NCBI GenBank assembly: GCA_047972025.1
Contig: JBKEAG010000034.1
Location: 4,626 to 68,625 of the forward strand
Reading direction: 5' to 3'
DNA length: 64,000 nt
From: Moheibacter sp.
GTDB taxonomy: Bacteria; Bacteroidota; Bacteroidia; Flavobacteriales; Weeksellaceae
In this document: piece by piece, positions 9,321 to 19,616 of the stretch
How positions within the stretch are numbered: position 1 is the stretch's first letter
Layout of the letters: each line of letters begins with the position of its first letter
Position numbers and translations under genes: made by a program
Notes under the pieces: model-generated
Databases searched by the model: none
Told to the model about the DNA's origin: nothing
What the model saw: only the letters and a program-made list of their open reading frames with translations

Positions 9321-10832
9321 TCAGTGCAAAAAATGGCGCATTCCTGTGAATACCATCGGGATTTCATGTTCATTACAAGCGTCTATACTTTCCTGATCTT
9401 TTAATGAGCCTCCGGGTTGAATCAGTGCTGTAATACCGTTTTCTGCAGCAAAGTCAACTGTATCACGAAATGGAAAAAATGCATCTGATGCCAATACCAA
9501 TTCTTTGGTTTGAACGCGTTTTGCTCGCTCAATGGCTTGTTGCGCTGCCCAAATTCGGTTGGTCTGCCCACCTCCAATTCCAAATGCCTGACCGTTGGTT
9601 GCTACAACTATTGCATTTGATTTTACCCATTTTGCAATTTTCTGTGCAAAGACTAAATCTATCATTTGTTTTTCGGTAGGTTGTTTTTCTGTAACTATTT
9701 CTAAATCTGTAGAAAATTGATTATCGACACTTTGCACTAGTAATCCCCCATCCACTTTTGCATAACTCACTCGGTCTGAAACCGAATTTTTCACTTGAAT
9801 GATTCGTAAATTCTTTTTGGATTTAAAAATAGCTAAGGCCTCTTCCGTAAAGGAAGGAGCTATAACGATTTCTAGAAATATTTTATTCAGGTTTTCAGCA
9901 GTTGTTTTATTGACTTCTGCGTTAAAAGCAATAATTCCTCCGAAAATAGAGATTGGGTCACACTCATAGGCTTTTTCATAGGCTTCTTCTACCGAATTTC
10001 CTATGGCAACTCCGCATGGTGTTGAATGTTTTACAGCACAACACGTAATTTCACTAAACTCCGAAACAACTTTATATGCCAAATCCATATCTCGAATATT
10101 GTTAAAAGAGAGTTCTTTTCCTTGTAAATATTCAAAGTCTTTCATGGCTCCATTACGGGTTTTATCTACATAATAGGCTGCTTTTTGATGTGGATTTTCT
10201 CCATAGCGTAAGTCCATTACTTTTTCATACGATGACTCTAAATAATGGGGTAGTTCTTCGTTTAAAATATAGGTTGAAATGGCTGCATCATATGCTGAAG
10301 TTAGATTAAATACTTTTCCGGCTAATTTCCTACGGGTTTCTAGTGATGTTGTTCCACTGTTTTCTATTTCTTGCTGTACTTGTGGATAATCATTTACATC
10401 TGTCAATACTGTTACATCATAAAAGTTTTTGGCTGATGAGCGTAACATGGATGGTCCGCCAATATCTATAAATTCTATCATTTCTGCTTCGGAAAGTCCT
10501 GTATTCATTTTGGTGAAAAATGGATATAAATTTACCACAACGATATCAATTGGGTTTATCTGATGCTCTTCTAGTGTTTGTATATGGTTAGCATCAGCAC
10601 GTCTTGCCATGATGCCACCATGAATTGCCGGATGCAGTGATTTTACACGCCCGTCTAGAATTTCAGGAAATCCTGTTACATCTTTTACTTCGGTTACCGG
10701 AACTCCATTCTCTTGAAGGTGTTTAAAGGTTCCTCCGGTTGAAAGAATTTTGTATTCTTTTGTTATTAAAAATTGGGCAAATGGAATCAAATTTGATTTG
10801 TCTGAAACGCTAATGAGTGCTTGTTTTTGCAT
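9321..10832 (-). CDS. purH: Bifunctional AICAR transformylase/IMP cyclohydrolase
   Basis: ALISVSDK, LSTGGT, DGRVKSLHP, IDIGGPSM, RYGENPHQ, ASDAFFPF and GMRHFLH. Confidence 0.98.
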   Translation of the reverse strand: MQKQALISVSDKSNLIPFAQFLITKEYKILSTGGTFKHLQENGVPVTEVKDVTGFPEILDGRVKSLHPAIHGGIMARRADANHIQTLEEHQINPIDIVVVNLYPFFTKMNTGLSEAEMIEFIDIGGPSMLRSSAKNFYDVTVLTDVNDYPQVQQEIENSGTTSLETRRKLAGKVFNLTSAYDAAISTYILNEELPHYLESSYEKVMDLRYGENPHQKAAYYVDKTRNGAMKDFEYLQGKELSFNNIRDMDLAYKVVSEFSEITCCAVKHSTPCGVAIGNSVEEAYEKAYECDPISIFGGIIAFNAEVNKTTAENLNKIFLEIVIAPSFTEEALAIFKSKKNLRIIQVKNSVSDRVSYAKVDGGLLVQSVDNQFSTDLEIVTEKQPTEKQMIDLVFAQKIAKWVKSNAIVVATNGQAFGIGGGQTNRIWAAQQAIERAKRVQTKELVLASDAFFPFRDTVDFAAENGITALIQPGGSLKDQESIDACNEHEIPMVFTGMRHFLH

Positions 10833-10853
10833 TAGAAATTTTAATTTGATAGG

Positions 10854-11016
10854 TTATTTATTTTTATCATTCATTTTCTTTAAAGTTATTACAAAGATTG
10901 CTGCTGGTTCTTTTGCTTCTTGTACAACAAACGACTTCGTAATCTAGACCAACTGATGCGCCACTTCTCACTAATTGATTTGTGATAATTCTTTGTTCTA
11001 CTTTTTTACTCTTCAC
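10854..11016 (-). pseudogene. Internally deleted, frameshifted four-helix-bundle (23S rRNA IVP-like) gene remnant
   Basis: Hand translation gives EQRIITNQLVRSGASVGLDYEVVCCTRSK (cf. family QLxRSGTSVGANYRAACRARSK), then in another frame QEAKEPAAIFVITLKK (cf. C-terminal EAxELxAIF). Confidence 0.7.
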
Positions 11017-11062
11017 TCATTTATGAAAGTTAGGATTAGCAATTTTATATAAATTCTGACTT

Positions 11063-11629
11063 CTAATTTCCACCTTCTAAATTACTAATTGCTTTTATTA
11101 ATATTTCCTTTTCTACTTTGGCTACTTTTTGTTGTAAATCTTCTACTGTATCATTTTTTTCAATTTCAAATTCACCTTGTAACATTATCTCACCTTCATC
11201 TACACCCGCTGTTACATAATGAACCGTAGCTCCACTTTTTGTTTCTTTGGCGTCCAAAACTGCTTGATGAACCTTTGCTCCATACATTCCTTTTCCACCA
11301 TACTTTGGCAATAAAGATGGGTGTACATTGATGATTTTATTTTTCCACTTTTCTGTAAATTCAGATGTCAAAATAGATAAAAAACCTGCTAGTACAATCA
11401 AGTCTATATCCTCTCCTTCTAAGTTAAACTCGGCATCTTCTGAGAATGTTTTTCGGTCTTCCAGCAAATATGTTGGAATGTCATAATCCAAAGCTCTTTC
11501 TACGGCATAGCAGTCTCTATCAGCCATTACCATTGCTATTTCTGTACTTTTTAATTTTCCACTTTGAATGGCTTCAATTATGTTTTGTAAATTAGTCCCA
11601 CCACCGGAAACAAAAACAGCTATTTTCAT
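11063..11629 (-). CDS. purN: Phosphoribosylglycinamide formyltransferase
   Basis: VFVSGGGTNLQ, VLAGFL, INVHPSLLP and GATVHYV; TACCTTTG -7 box at 11670-11677. Confidence 0.97.
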   Translation of the reverse strand: MKIAVFVSGGGTNLQNIIEAIQSGKLKSTEIAMVMADRDCYAVERALDYDIPTYLLEDRKTFSEDAEFNLEGEDIDLIVLAGFLSILTSEFTEKWKNKIINVHPSLLPKYGGKGMYGAKVHQAVLDAKETKSGATVHYVTAGVDEGEIMLQGEFEIEKNDTVEDLQQKVAKVEKEILIKAISNLEGGN

Positions 11630-11731
11630 TTTTTACTATGATTGAATTTATATGAAATTTCAACTTGTACAAAGGTACACTTTTCAATTTGAGTTATGAT
11701 AGGCTTCTCTGTTGATTTCAACATCAAATTA

Positions 11732-13414
11732 TCAACGGTTTATAAAGATAAGTGATTGTTTGATTTCGTCGTATGAAATTGTTTCTTCTAAATCATGGTA
11801 AATTTTACTGAGTGATAACTTTTCTTCCCCCTCTTGGCTTTGGGCTACTTTTTTAACTTTATCAAAAATATTCTGTTCCGGTTTATACACCTCTAAATCA
11901 ATTTCTAAATCAGTTTCTGAGATTCGGATTAAATGACTTAAAATTGTTCCTTTGGTCAGTCCTCTTTTTTCAACCATTTCATCAACACTCATTTTCTTTT
12001 TGACCAATTCTTTTGTTTTTTGATAGGTGGATACTTTCTCTGCTTTTCCTTTCTGTGCCAGTTTCTCTTTAGCTCTAGCTATTTCCTTTTTGTCAATGGT
12101 TCCTCCGGAATAAATAATAAAACTTTTGAACTCCCGCTCTAAATCTTCTTCTTCTAACGAATCATCCCATTCTTGTGAAAGTTCCTGAAAGCGTTTATCT
12201 GCTCTCATTGCCAAATCATCCACTCCCAAAGCGGTTTGGTTTAATCCCTTTAACTTTAATCCTGTCAAATCACGCAAACGAGAAAGTGCTACATAGCCTT
12301 GCCCTTTTTCAAAGGCACGACTCAAATCAATCATAGCAGCATCTAGTGTCATCCCTTGACTTTTATGCACTGTAATTGCCCAAGCCAGTCGTAATGGAAC
12401 TTGCACAAAGGAAGCCAATGGTTTTCCGGTTTCGTCTTCAATTGCCCATGTTTCTGTCTTGGCTTCTATAATTTCATTATCTCTTGTTTTAACAAGTGGA
12501 AATCCTTTCTCAGAAAAAGAAGATATTTGCCCGAGTGTTCCGTTTACAAATCCCTCTTCATAATTGTTCCGAACAAACATAACTTGCGCTCCTACTTTTA
12601 ATTCTAAATTTTCTAATGCCAAAACAGACTTTTTCAATACTTCAATCAACGCTTCATTTCCTTTGACTTGAGCTTTAAAAAATTTGGATGATTTCCCAAT
12701 TTGCTCTAAATACATTTGGTTAATTCTATCCACATCTGCATTGTGCGTATAAAGTTTTATTTCTTGTTCACCTTCATCTGGGTGAAAATCAATACGAGAA
12801 GTCAAAACATCAATAGAGTTTTGTGTTACCGTTCCATTTCGAATTTCATTTAAAATTATATTTAATTCATTCTCAGATTGTCTATGTTGCTCCGTTAGGT
12901 AACAAATAATTGGTTCAGCTTCCAACCAAGCATCTGACATAAAAGCAAATTTTTGTCTAGAAGATTCATCATCATTACCAATGGGTGGCAATTGAAAGAA
13001 ATCACCGGAAAATACAATCTGAATCCCTCCAAACGGCAATTCATTTCCTTTGAAAAACTTTAACACACGGTTCACCAATTCCATCTGGTTACGGTGTAGC
13101 ATGGAAATTTCATCAATAATCAACACTTTTACCGAATCCATTTTATTCCTGAAGTATTTTCTCTCTTTTAAATTGGATAACTGACGAATAGAAATATCAT
13201 CTTTAATCCCGATTCCCGACCAAGAGTGAATGGTTTGCCCATTCATATGTGTAGCTGCAATTCCGGTAGAAGCCGTTATTGCTACACCTACTTTATGTTC
13301 TTTGAGGTATTGAATATATTGATTCAGAACGTATGTTTTTCCTGCTCCGGCAGAGCCGGTGAGAAACACATTTCGTCCTGACTTTAGTATGGCAAGTGCC
13401 TTAGATTGAATCAT
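11732..13414 (-). CDS. PIF1/RecD-like SF1B DNA helicase with C-terminal helix-turn-helix domain
   Basis: GSAGAGKT, STGIAA, IIDEISM, GDFFQLPP, AWAITVHKSQG and YVALSR; C-terminal RGLTKGTILSHL HTH. Confidence 0.9.
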   Translation of the reverse strand: MIQSKALAILKSGRNVFLTGSAGAGKTYVLNQYIQYLKEHKVGVAITASTGIAATHMNGQTIHSWSGIGIKDDISIRQLSNLKERKYFRNKMDSVKVLIIDEISMLHRNQMELVNRVLKFFKGNELPFGGIQIVFSGDFFQLPPIGNDDESSRQKFAFMSDAWLEAEPIICYLTEQHRQSENELNIILNEIRNGTVTQNSIDVLTSRIDFHPDEGEQEIKLYTHNADVDRINQMYLEQIGKSSKFFKAQVKGNEALIEVLKKSVLALENLELKVGAQVMFVRNNYEEGFVNGTLGQISSFSEKGFPLVKTRDNEIIEAKTETWAIEDETGKPLASFVQVPLRLAWAITVHKSQGMTLDAAMIDLSRAFEKGQGYVALSRLRDLTGLKLKGLNQTALGVDDLAMRADKRFQELSQEWDDSLEEEDLEREFKSFIIYSGGTIDKKEIARAKEKLAQKGKAEKVSTYQKTKELVKKKMSVDEMVEKRGLTKGTILSHLIRISETDLEIDLEVYKPEQNIFDKVKKVAQSQEGEEKLSLSKIYHDLEETISYDEIKQSLIFINR

Positions 13415-13539
13415 TCTAGAAATTATAGTGTAAAATTATGAATTATTAGAAAAACCAACCAAAATCTAGCACTTTACGTATAAATACCTTTTTATTAAGC
13501 TATGATTTTTACTATCTTTATTCTTTCTAAAATTTCTAC

Positions 13540-14028
13540 ATGAATCATAAAAAATTCCAAGTCACAGTTAATCAAACATATACTTTTGATTTAACTGAAA
13601 ATGATATGAAAGACTTAAATTTCATTGAGTTAAATCCTTCCAAATTTCATGTTCTAAAAGAGCATAAATCTTACCACACTGAAATTATTTCAGAAAATTT
13701 TAATGATAAGTCGTATAGAATTAATATCAATGAAACTCCGTTTGACATTACCATTTCAGATGAGCTCGACCAGTTAATAAAAGACTTAGGGTTTGAAATA
13801 GGAACTTCTAAACAAGTTAATGCTATAAAGGCTCCCATGCCCGGGCTTATTCTTAGTATCAATGTTGAGATTGGACAGGAAGTGCAAGAAAATGATAGTC
13901 TTTTGGTTTTAGAAGCCATGAAAATGGAAAATAATTTCAATTCGCCAAGAGCAGGCATCATCAAGTCCATTTTGGTAAACAAAGGCGACGCAGTAGATAA
14001 AGGACAATTGTTAATCGAATTTGAATAA
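13540..14028 (+). CDS. Biotin carboxyl carrier subunit of acyl-CoA carboxylase
   Basis: KAPMPG and the EAMKM biotinylation motif. Confidence 0.93.
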   Translation: MNHKKFQVTVNQTYTFDLTENDMKDLNFIELNPSKFHVLKEHKSYHTEIISENFNDKSYRININETPFDITISDELDQLIKDLGFEIGTSKQVNAIKAPMPGLILSINVEIGQEVQENDSLLVLEAMKMENNFNSPRAGIIKSILVNKGDAVDKGQLLIEFE

Positions 14029-14032
14029 AATC

Positions 14033-15475
14033 ATGAAAAAAATATTAGTTGCCAATAGAGGTGAAATTGCCGTACGCATCATGAAAACAGCTAAAAAAAT
14101 GGGGATAAAAACCGTTGCTGTTTACTCTAGTGCAGACAGAAAGTCTCCCCACGTAAAATTTGCTGATGAAGCTGTATGGATAGGAGAAGCACCCTCTAGT
14201 GAATCGTATTTAAAAACTGATAAATTACTTGAAGTTTGCAAGAAATTGGATGTAGATGCAATTCATCCAGGCTATGGGTTTTTATCTGAAAATGCAGAAT
14301 TTGCTGAAAATATAGAACGGAACGGTATTACTTTCATCGGTCCAAAATCACATGCTATTCGCATTATGGGAAGTAAGCTAGCTGCCAAAGAAGCTGTAAA
14401 AGGATATAGAATACCAATGGTTCCCGGTCTAGACGAAGCTATTACAGATGTAGAAAAAGCCAAGGAAATTGCTAAAGAAATTGGATTTCCCATTTTAATC
14501 AAAGCATCTGCCGGAGGTGGTGGAAAAGGAATGCGAGTTGTAGAAAATGAAGCCGAGTTTGAGTCGCAAATGGAACGTGCTATTTCAGAGGCTGAATCAG
14601 CCTTTGGAGATGGTTCTGTTTTCATTGAAAAATTTGTAAGCTCCCCACGCCATATCGAAATTCAAATTATAGCCGATACACACAAAAATATTGTCCATCT
14701 ATTTGACCGTGAATGTAGCATTCAACGTCGTCATCAAAAAGTTATAGAAGAAGCTCCATCATCCGTATTGACAACAGAGCTTAGGTGGGCAATGGGCGAA
14801 GCCGCCATAAAAGTAGCTGAAGCCTGTGACTATGTAGGTGCCGGAACAGTTGAGTTTCTATTGGATGAAAATAAAAATTTCTACTTTTTAGAAATGAATA
14901 CGCGTCTCCAAGTTGAACATCCGGTAACTGAAATGATTACAGGGTTAGACTTAGTAGAGTTACAAATTCGAATAGCTCGTGGTGAAGAACTTCCCATCAA
15001 GCAGGAAAGTTTAGAAATCAAAGGACATGCTTTAGAATTACGTGTTTACGCCGAAGATCCTCTAGATAATTTCTTGCCCAGCGTAGGAAACTTAGAAGTT
15101 TACCAAATACCTGAAGGAAAAGGCATTCGCGTAGATAATGGAATTGATGAAGGGATGGATGTTCCTATTTATTATGACCCAATGCTTTCTAAATTAGTAA
15201 CACATGGAAAATCACGTGAGGAAGCAATTGCCATTATGCTTAACGCAATTAAACATTATAAAATTAAGGGAATTTGCACTACACTTTCTTTTGGGGAATT
15301 TGTACTAAATCATGATGCCTTTAGGTCAGGAAATTTTGACACTAATTTTGTGAAAAAATATTACAATCCTGAAATTATAAAAAAGCAAAACACAAAACTT
15401 GCTGAAATTGCAGCAATTATTGCATTAAAAAAATATTTAGAAGATAAAAAAATAACACGTTTACCAAATCCATAA
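14033..15475 (+). CDS. accC: Biotin carboxylase subunit (acetyl/propionyl-CoA carboxylase)
   Basis: ANRGEIA, HPGYGFLSEN, GGGGKGMR, RECSIQRRHQK and EMNTRLQVEHPVTE. Confidence 0.93.
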   Translation: MKKILVANRGEIAVRIMKTAKKMGIKTVAVYSSADRKSPHVKFADEAVWIGEAPSSESYLKTDKLLEVCKKLDVDAIHPGYGFLSENAEFAENIERNGITFIGPKSHAIRIMGSKLAAKEAVKGYRIPMVPGLDEAITDVEKAKEIAKEIGFPILIKASAGGGGKGMRVVENEAEFESQMERAISEAESAFGDGSVFIEKFVSSPRHIEIQIIADTHKNIVHLFDRECSIQRRHQKVIEEAPSSVLTTELRWAMGEAAIKVAEACDYVGAGTVEFLLDENKNFYFLEMNTRLQVEHPVTEMITGLDLVELQIRIARGEELPIKQESLEIKGHALELRVYAEDPLDNFLPSVGNLEVYQIPEGKGIRVDNGIDEGMDVPIYYDPMLSKLVTHGKSREEAIAIMLNAIKHYKIKGICTTLSFGEFVLNHDAFRSGNFDTNFVKKYYNPEIIKKQNTKLAEIAAIIALKKYLEDKKITRLPNP

Positions 15476-15481
15476 ATAACT

Positions 15482-17023
15482 ATGAACGATAAAGTTAAAT
15501 CTTTAATAGAAAAAAAACAGAAGGCACTACTGGGAGGAGGTCAAAAAAGAATTGACTCACAACACAACAAGAAAAAGTTAACTGCAAGGGAACGTATTGA
15601 ATATTTACTGGACGAAGGCTCATTTGAAGAAATCGGAATGCTGGTAGAACACCGTACTACAGATTTTGGAATGGATAAGGAAGTATATCCCGGTGATGGT
15701 GTCATTACAGGATACGGAACGATAAACGGGCGATTAATTTATCTTTTCGCACAAGATTTTACTGTTTTTGGAGGTTCACTTTCTGAAACTCATGCTGAAA
15801 AAATCTGTAAAGTAATGGATATGGCGCTTAAAGTAGGAGCTCCTATGATTGGACTAAATGATTCAGGTGGAGCTCGGATTCAGGAAGGTGTACGCTCATT
15901 AGGTGGTTATGCCGATATTTTTTATAAAAATGTACAATCATCCGGTGTCATTCCACAGATTTCAGCTATCATGGGGCCTTGTGCCGGAGGAGCAGTGTAC
16001 TCACCTGCCATGACTGATTTCACAATGATGGTAGAAAACACCAGCTATATGTTTGTAACCGGTCCAAATGTTGTAAAAACCGTGACAAATGAAACAGTTA
16101 CAGCAGAAGAGTTAGGCGGAGCAAGTACACATTCTACAAAATCAGGAGTAGCACACACTACTTCACCAAATGATGTACAATGTCTAGAGGATGTAAAAAC
16201 CTTACTCAGTTATCTACCTCAAAATAATGCTGAAAAACCAAAAAAGATTGCTTATAAATTAGGGGAAGAATTAAGACCTGAGTTAGATACTCTAATTCCG
16301 GAAAGCTCTACAATTCCCTATGATATGAAAGAGGTAATCCATCAAATCATTGATGAAGATAGTTTCTTTGAAATTCATAAAGATTTTGCAGAAAACATAG
16401 TAGTAGGATTTGCCCGGCTAGGTGGGCGAAATATAGGTATTGTTGCAAACAACCCCATATTTCTTGCCGGTGTGTTGGATGTAAACAGTTCTACAAAAGC
16501 TGCACGGTTTACACGTTTTTGTGATGCCTTCAATATTCCACTTTTAGTATTAGAAGATGTACCGGGATTTTTACCGGGAACTGATCAAGAATGGAATGGA
16601 ATCATCGTTCATGGTGCCAAACTACTTTATGCTTTAAGTGAAGCGACTGTACCAAAAGTTACCGTAATTACAAGAAAGGCATACGGTGGTGCTTATGACG
16701 TTATGAACTCTAAACATATAGGAGCCGATATGAATTTTGCTTGGCCTACAGCCGAAATTGCCGTAATGGGTGCTAAAGGAGCTTCGGAAATTATCTTCAA
16801 AAAAGAAATTGCCAATGCTGATGATAAAGAAGCTAAACTACTGGAAAAAGAAAAGGAATATGCCGAACTTTTTGCTACTCCTTATGAAGCCGCAAAACGT
16901 GGTTTTATAGATGAAGTAATTCTACCTCATAACACAAGGAAAAAATTACTCAAAGCATTTTCTATGTTAGAAGGCAAAGTTATAGATACGCCCAAACGAA
17001 AACATGGAAACATTCCACTCTAG
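15482..17023 (+). CDS. pccB: Acyl-CoA (propionyl-CoA) carboxylase carboxyltransferase beta subunit
   Basis: [39 protein letters not shown] and KHGNIPL. Confidence 0.93.
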   Translation: MNDKVKSLIEKKQKALLGGGQKRIDSQHNKKKLTARERIEYLLDEGSFEEIGMLVEHRTTDFGMDKEVYPGDGVITGYGTINGRLIYLFAQDFTVFGGSLSETHAEKICKVMDMALKVGAPMIGLNDSGGARIQEGVRSLGGYADIFYKNVQSSGVIPQISAIMGPCAGGAVYSPAMTDFTMMVENTSYMFVTGPNVVKTVTNETVTAEELGGASTHSTKSGVAHTTSPNDVQCLEDVKTLLSYLPQNNAEKPKKIAYKLGEELRPELDTLIPESSTIPYDMKEVIHQIIDEDSFFEIHKDFAENIVVGFARLGGRNIGIVANNPIFLAGVLDVNSSTKAARFTRFCDAFNIPLLVLEDVPGFLPGTDQEWNGIIVHGAKLLYALSEATVPKVTVITRKAYGGAYDVMNSKHIGADMNFAWPTAEIAVMGAKGASEIIFKKEIANADDKEAKLLEKEKEYAELFATPYEAAKRGFIDEVILPHNTRKKLLKAFSMLEGKVIDTPKRKHGNIPL

Positions 17024-17029
17024 AGACAC

Positions 17030-17069
17030 ATTTAAGTCTTGTTGAGTTAAATCTTGACAAGACTTAAAT
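17030..17069. terminator. Long hairpin between convergent pccB and purM (likely bidirectional terminator)
   Basis: ATTTAAGTCTTGT / ACAAGACTTAAAT 13-bp perfect arms, extendable with G-U pairs; overlaps the purM stop codon. Confidence 0.6.
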
Positions 17070-18053
17070 CAACCTGATTTTCTCTTCTCCTTTTTCAATT
17101 TGACCAAGAAACATACTTCCTTCTATTGTATTTAGAACCGATTGGGTATTTTCAGCATCAGTAATTACAACCATTCCCACACCCATGTTAAACGTTCCAA
17201 ACATTTCATTTTCTGCTATTCCACCCCGTTTTTGTAATTCTTTCATCACAGATGGAACATTTACTTTTGATTTTTCAATTACGGCACAAAGTCCGTTAGG
17301 GATTATTCGTGGAACATTTTCAATTAATCCTCCGCCAGTAATGTGTGCAATTCCGGTCAACGAAACTTCCTCTTGAATTTTAAATATATCATTTTGGTAC
17401 AACTTAGTTGGAACTAAAAGCGTTTCCCAAAGTGGTTTTCCTTCAAATTCTTCATTAAAATCTGAAAATATTTTCCGTATAAGTGAAAATCCATTACTGT
17501 GAAATCCGCTAGCCGGTAGTCCAATTATCGCTTGTCCTTCTTTGATTTCCGAACCGTCAATAATTTCACCTTTCTCTACTACTCCTACACAAAATCCTGC
17601 TACATCATAGTCTCCTACTCTGTACATACCTGGCATTTCTGCTGTTTCACCTCCGATCAAAGCCGTTCCGGTTTCTTTACATGCTGATGCTATTCCTCCT
17701 ACAATTTCTGCTGCTACATCAGAGTCTAGTTTTCCACATGCTAAATAATCTAAAAAGAAAAGCGGTTTTGCTCCGTGGCACAAAATATCGTTAGCACACA
17801 TTGCAAAACAGTCAACTCCAACTGTATCGTACTTTTTTACATCCAATGCAATTCTCAGCTTTGTACCTACACCATCTGTTCCAGAAACCAACACTGGATT
17901 TTTATAGTCTGATAATTGATAAAAAGCGCCAAAACTTCCAATTCCATTCAACACATTTGAGTTATGGGTTTCCGAAACTGCTTTTTTGATTTTGGAAACC
18001 GTTTGGTAACCTTCTTCTTTATCAACTCCGGCAGCTTTGTAGGTATTGCTCAT
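17064..18053 (-). CDS. purM: AIR synthetase
   Basis: YKAAGVD, GTDGVGTK, GGETAEMPG, HSNGFSL, HITGGG and FNMGVG; TATTTTTG -7 box at 18087-18094. Confidence 0.98.
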   Translation of the reverse strand: MSNTYKAAGVDKEEGYQTVSKIKKAVSETHNSNVLNGIGSFGAFYQLSDYKNPVLVSGTDGVGTKLRIALDVKKYDTVGVDCFAMCANDILCHGAKPLFFLDYLACGKLDSDVAAEIVGGIASACKETGTALIGGETAEMPGMYRVGDYDVAGFCVGVVEKGEIIDGSEIKEGQAIIGLPASGFHSNGFSLIRKIFSDFNEEFEGKPLWETLLVPTKLYQNDIFKIQEEVSLTGIAHITGGGLIENVPRIIPNGLCAVIEKSKVNVPSVMKELQKRGGIAENEMFGTFNMGVGMVVITDAENTQSVLNTIEGSMFLGQIEKGEEKIRLI

Positions 18054-18189
18054 AGAAATTAGTTTTAGATTTTAATTTTGAAACTACAAAAATAATCATT
18101 TATTCAGGTAGAAACAATTAAACTATATAATGTGAATATAAATTAAACATTTCACTTTCACATTGATTTTGATTAAGATTCTTCTAAAT

Positions 18190-18220
18190 GAAAAAAGCCC
18201 CAAAGGTTTGGGACTTTTTC
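18190..18220 (-). terminator. Rho-independent terminator of lat
   Basis: Minus strand GAAAAAGTCCCAAA-CC-TTTGGGGCTTTTTTC. Confidence 0.7.
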
Positions 18221-18240
18221 TTGTTATTCTTTTTTATTAA

Positions 18241-19527
18241 TTAAAACGTTTGTTTTATAATTTCTATTGCTTTTTCTATATCTTCTCTTTTTACGTTTAA
18301 ATGAGGTCTGAATCGTACGGATTGAGTTCCACACGGCAATAAAATTAATTTATTTTCAAAGGCTTTATTGATAAATGCTACACGCTCTTCGTCTGTTGGT
18401 AAATCAAATGCTACAAATAGCCCCATTCCTCTTACGTTGGTCATTTGTGGAGTTGTTTTTGCTAATTTCTCTAATTCAGCTTTTAAAAATTCACCTTGTT
18501 TTTTTGCATTTTCCAACAAATTTTCTTGCTCAATTACTTCTAATATTAGTTTAAACCGAAGCATATCTATGAAATTTCCTCCAAAAGTTGAATTAATTCT
18601 ACTTGACTCCTGAAAAACATTGTTTGGTACTTGGTCTAATTTTTCTTTGTTTGCCAAAATTCCACAAACTTGGGTCTTTTTACCAAATGAAATAATATCC
18701 GGAGTAATATCATAGTTTTGGAATCCCCACATTTTTCCGGTAATTCCGATTCCGGTCTGTACTTCATCTAAAATCAAAAGGATTTCATTTTCATCACAAA
18801 TTCTTCTTAATTCTTTGAAAAATTCATTTCGGAAATAATTGTCTCCTCCTTCTGCTTGAATTGTTTCTACAATAATACAAGCTACTTCATTTGGACTTTC
18901 AGTAATGGCTAACATAATCTGATTTACGGCTTCTTTCTCTAATTCTATTGTTTTTGCCAAACTATCATCTGTCAGTGGAAAAAACATTTTAGGGTTTGTA
19001 ATTCTCGGCCAATCAAATTTTGGAAAATACATATGTTTCCGAGGGTCTTTGGTATTGGTAAGGCTTAGTGTATAGCCTGAACGTCCATGAAATGCTTGTT
19101 TGAAGTGAATTACTTTTCCTGCTTCTAAGTCAATTCCTTTGGATTTATTTAGTCTTGTTTTCCAATCAAATGATGCTTTTAACGCATTCTCAACTGCGAG
19201 TGCTCCTCCGGCTACAAAAAATGCGTATTGTAATTCTTGTGGAATGGCTACTCGCTCAAATGTATCTACAAAGTCAGCATACTCTTTTGAATAAATATCG
19301 GATACAGTCGGTTTATTGACTGCCATTTTTCCTAGAAATTCTGTATTTTTTATGAGGTGAGGATGGTTGTAACCTATGGAGCCGGAGGCAAACATACTAA
19401 ACATATCCAAATATTCGTCACCGCTTTCATCTACAATCCAAGAGCCATGTGACTTTTCCATGTCCATCACTATTGGATAGCCATCTGCTAAAATATGTTT
19501 TCCTAATCTTTCGTGTACATTCATCAT
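18241..19527 (-). CDS. lat: L-lysine 6-transaminase (class III aminotransferase)
   Basis: GGALAVENALK.SFDWK, FHGRSGYT, IQAEGGDN, DEVQTG, FGKKTQ and SRINSTFGG. Confidence 0.9.
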   Translation of the reverse strand: MMNVHERLGKHILADGYPIVMDMEKSHGSWIVDESGDEYLDMFSMFASGSIGYNHPHLIKNTEFLGKMAVNKPTVSDIYSKEYADFVDTFERVAIPQELQYAFFVAGGALAVENALKASFDWKTRLNKSKGIDLEAGKVIHFKQAFHGRSGYTLSLTNTKDPRKHMYFPKFDWPRITNPKMFFPLTDDSLAKTIELEKEAVNQIMLAITESPNEVACIIVETIQAEGGDNYFRNEFFKELRRICDENEILLILDEVQTGIGITGKMWGFQNYDITPDIISFGKKTQVCGILANKEKLDQVPNNVFQESSRINSTFGGNFIDMLRFKLILEVIEQENLLENAKKQGEFLKAELEKLAKTTPQMTNVRGMGLFVAFDLPTDEERVAFINKAFENKLILLPCGTQSVRFRPHLNVKREDIEKAIEIIKQTF

Positions 19528-19616
19528 TTTTGTTTCCTTTTTATAATTAATTCCCCAAAAATTATGAGGAATGCAAATTTAATAAATTACAAATAATTTT
19601 TAATGAGTAATTTAAC

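Noticed and set aside
10833..11062. Possible ZMP/ZTP or purine riboswitch upstream of purH
   Set aside because: No aptamer consensus found; the sequence is better explained as a four-helix-bundle pseudogene.
18129..18164. AATGTGAA...TTCACATT inverted repeat upstream of purM as a CRP site
   Set aside because: The TGTGA/TCACA spacing is 22 bp rather than 6, and 8-bp AT-rich arms are plausible by chance.
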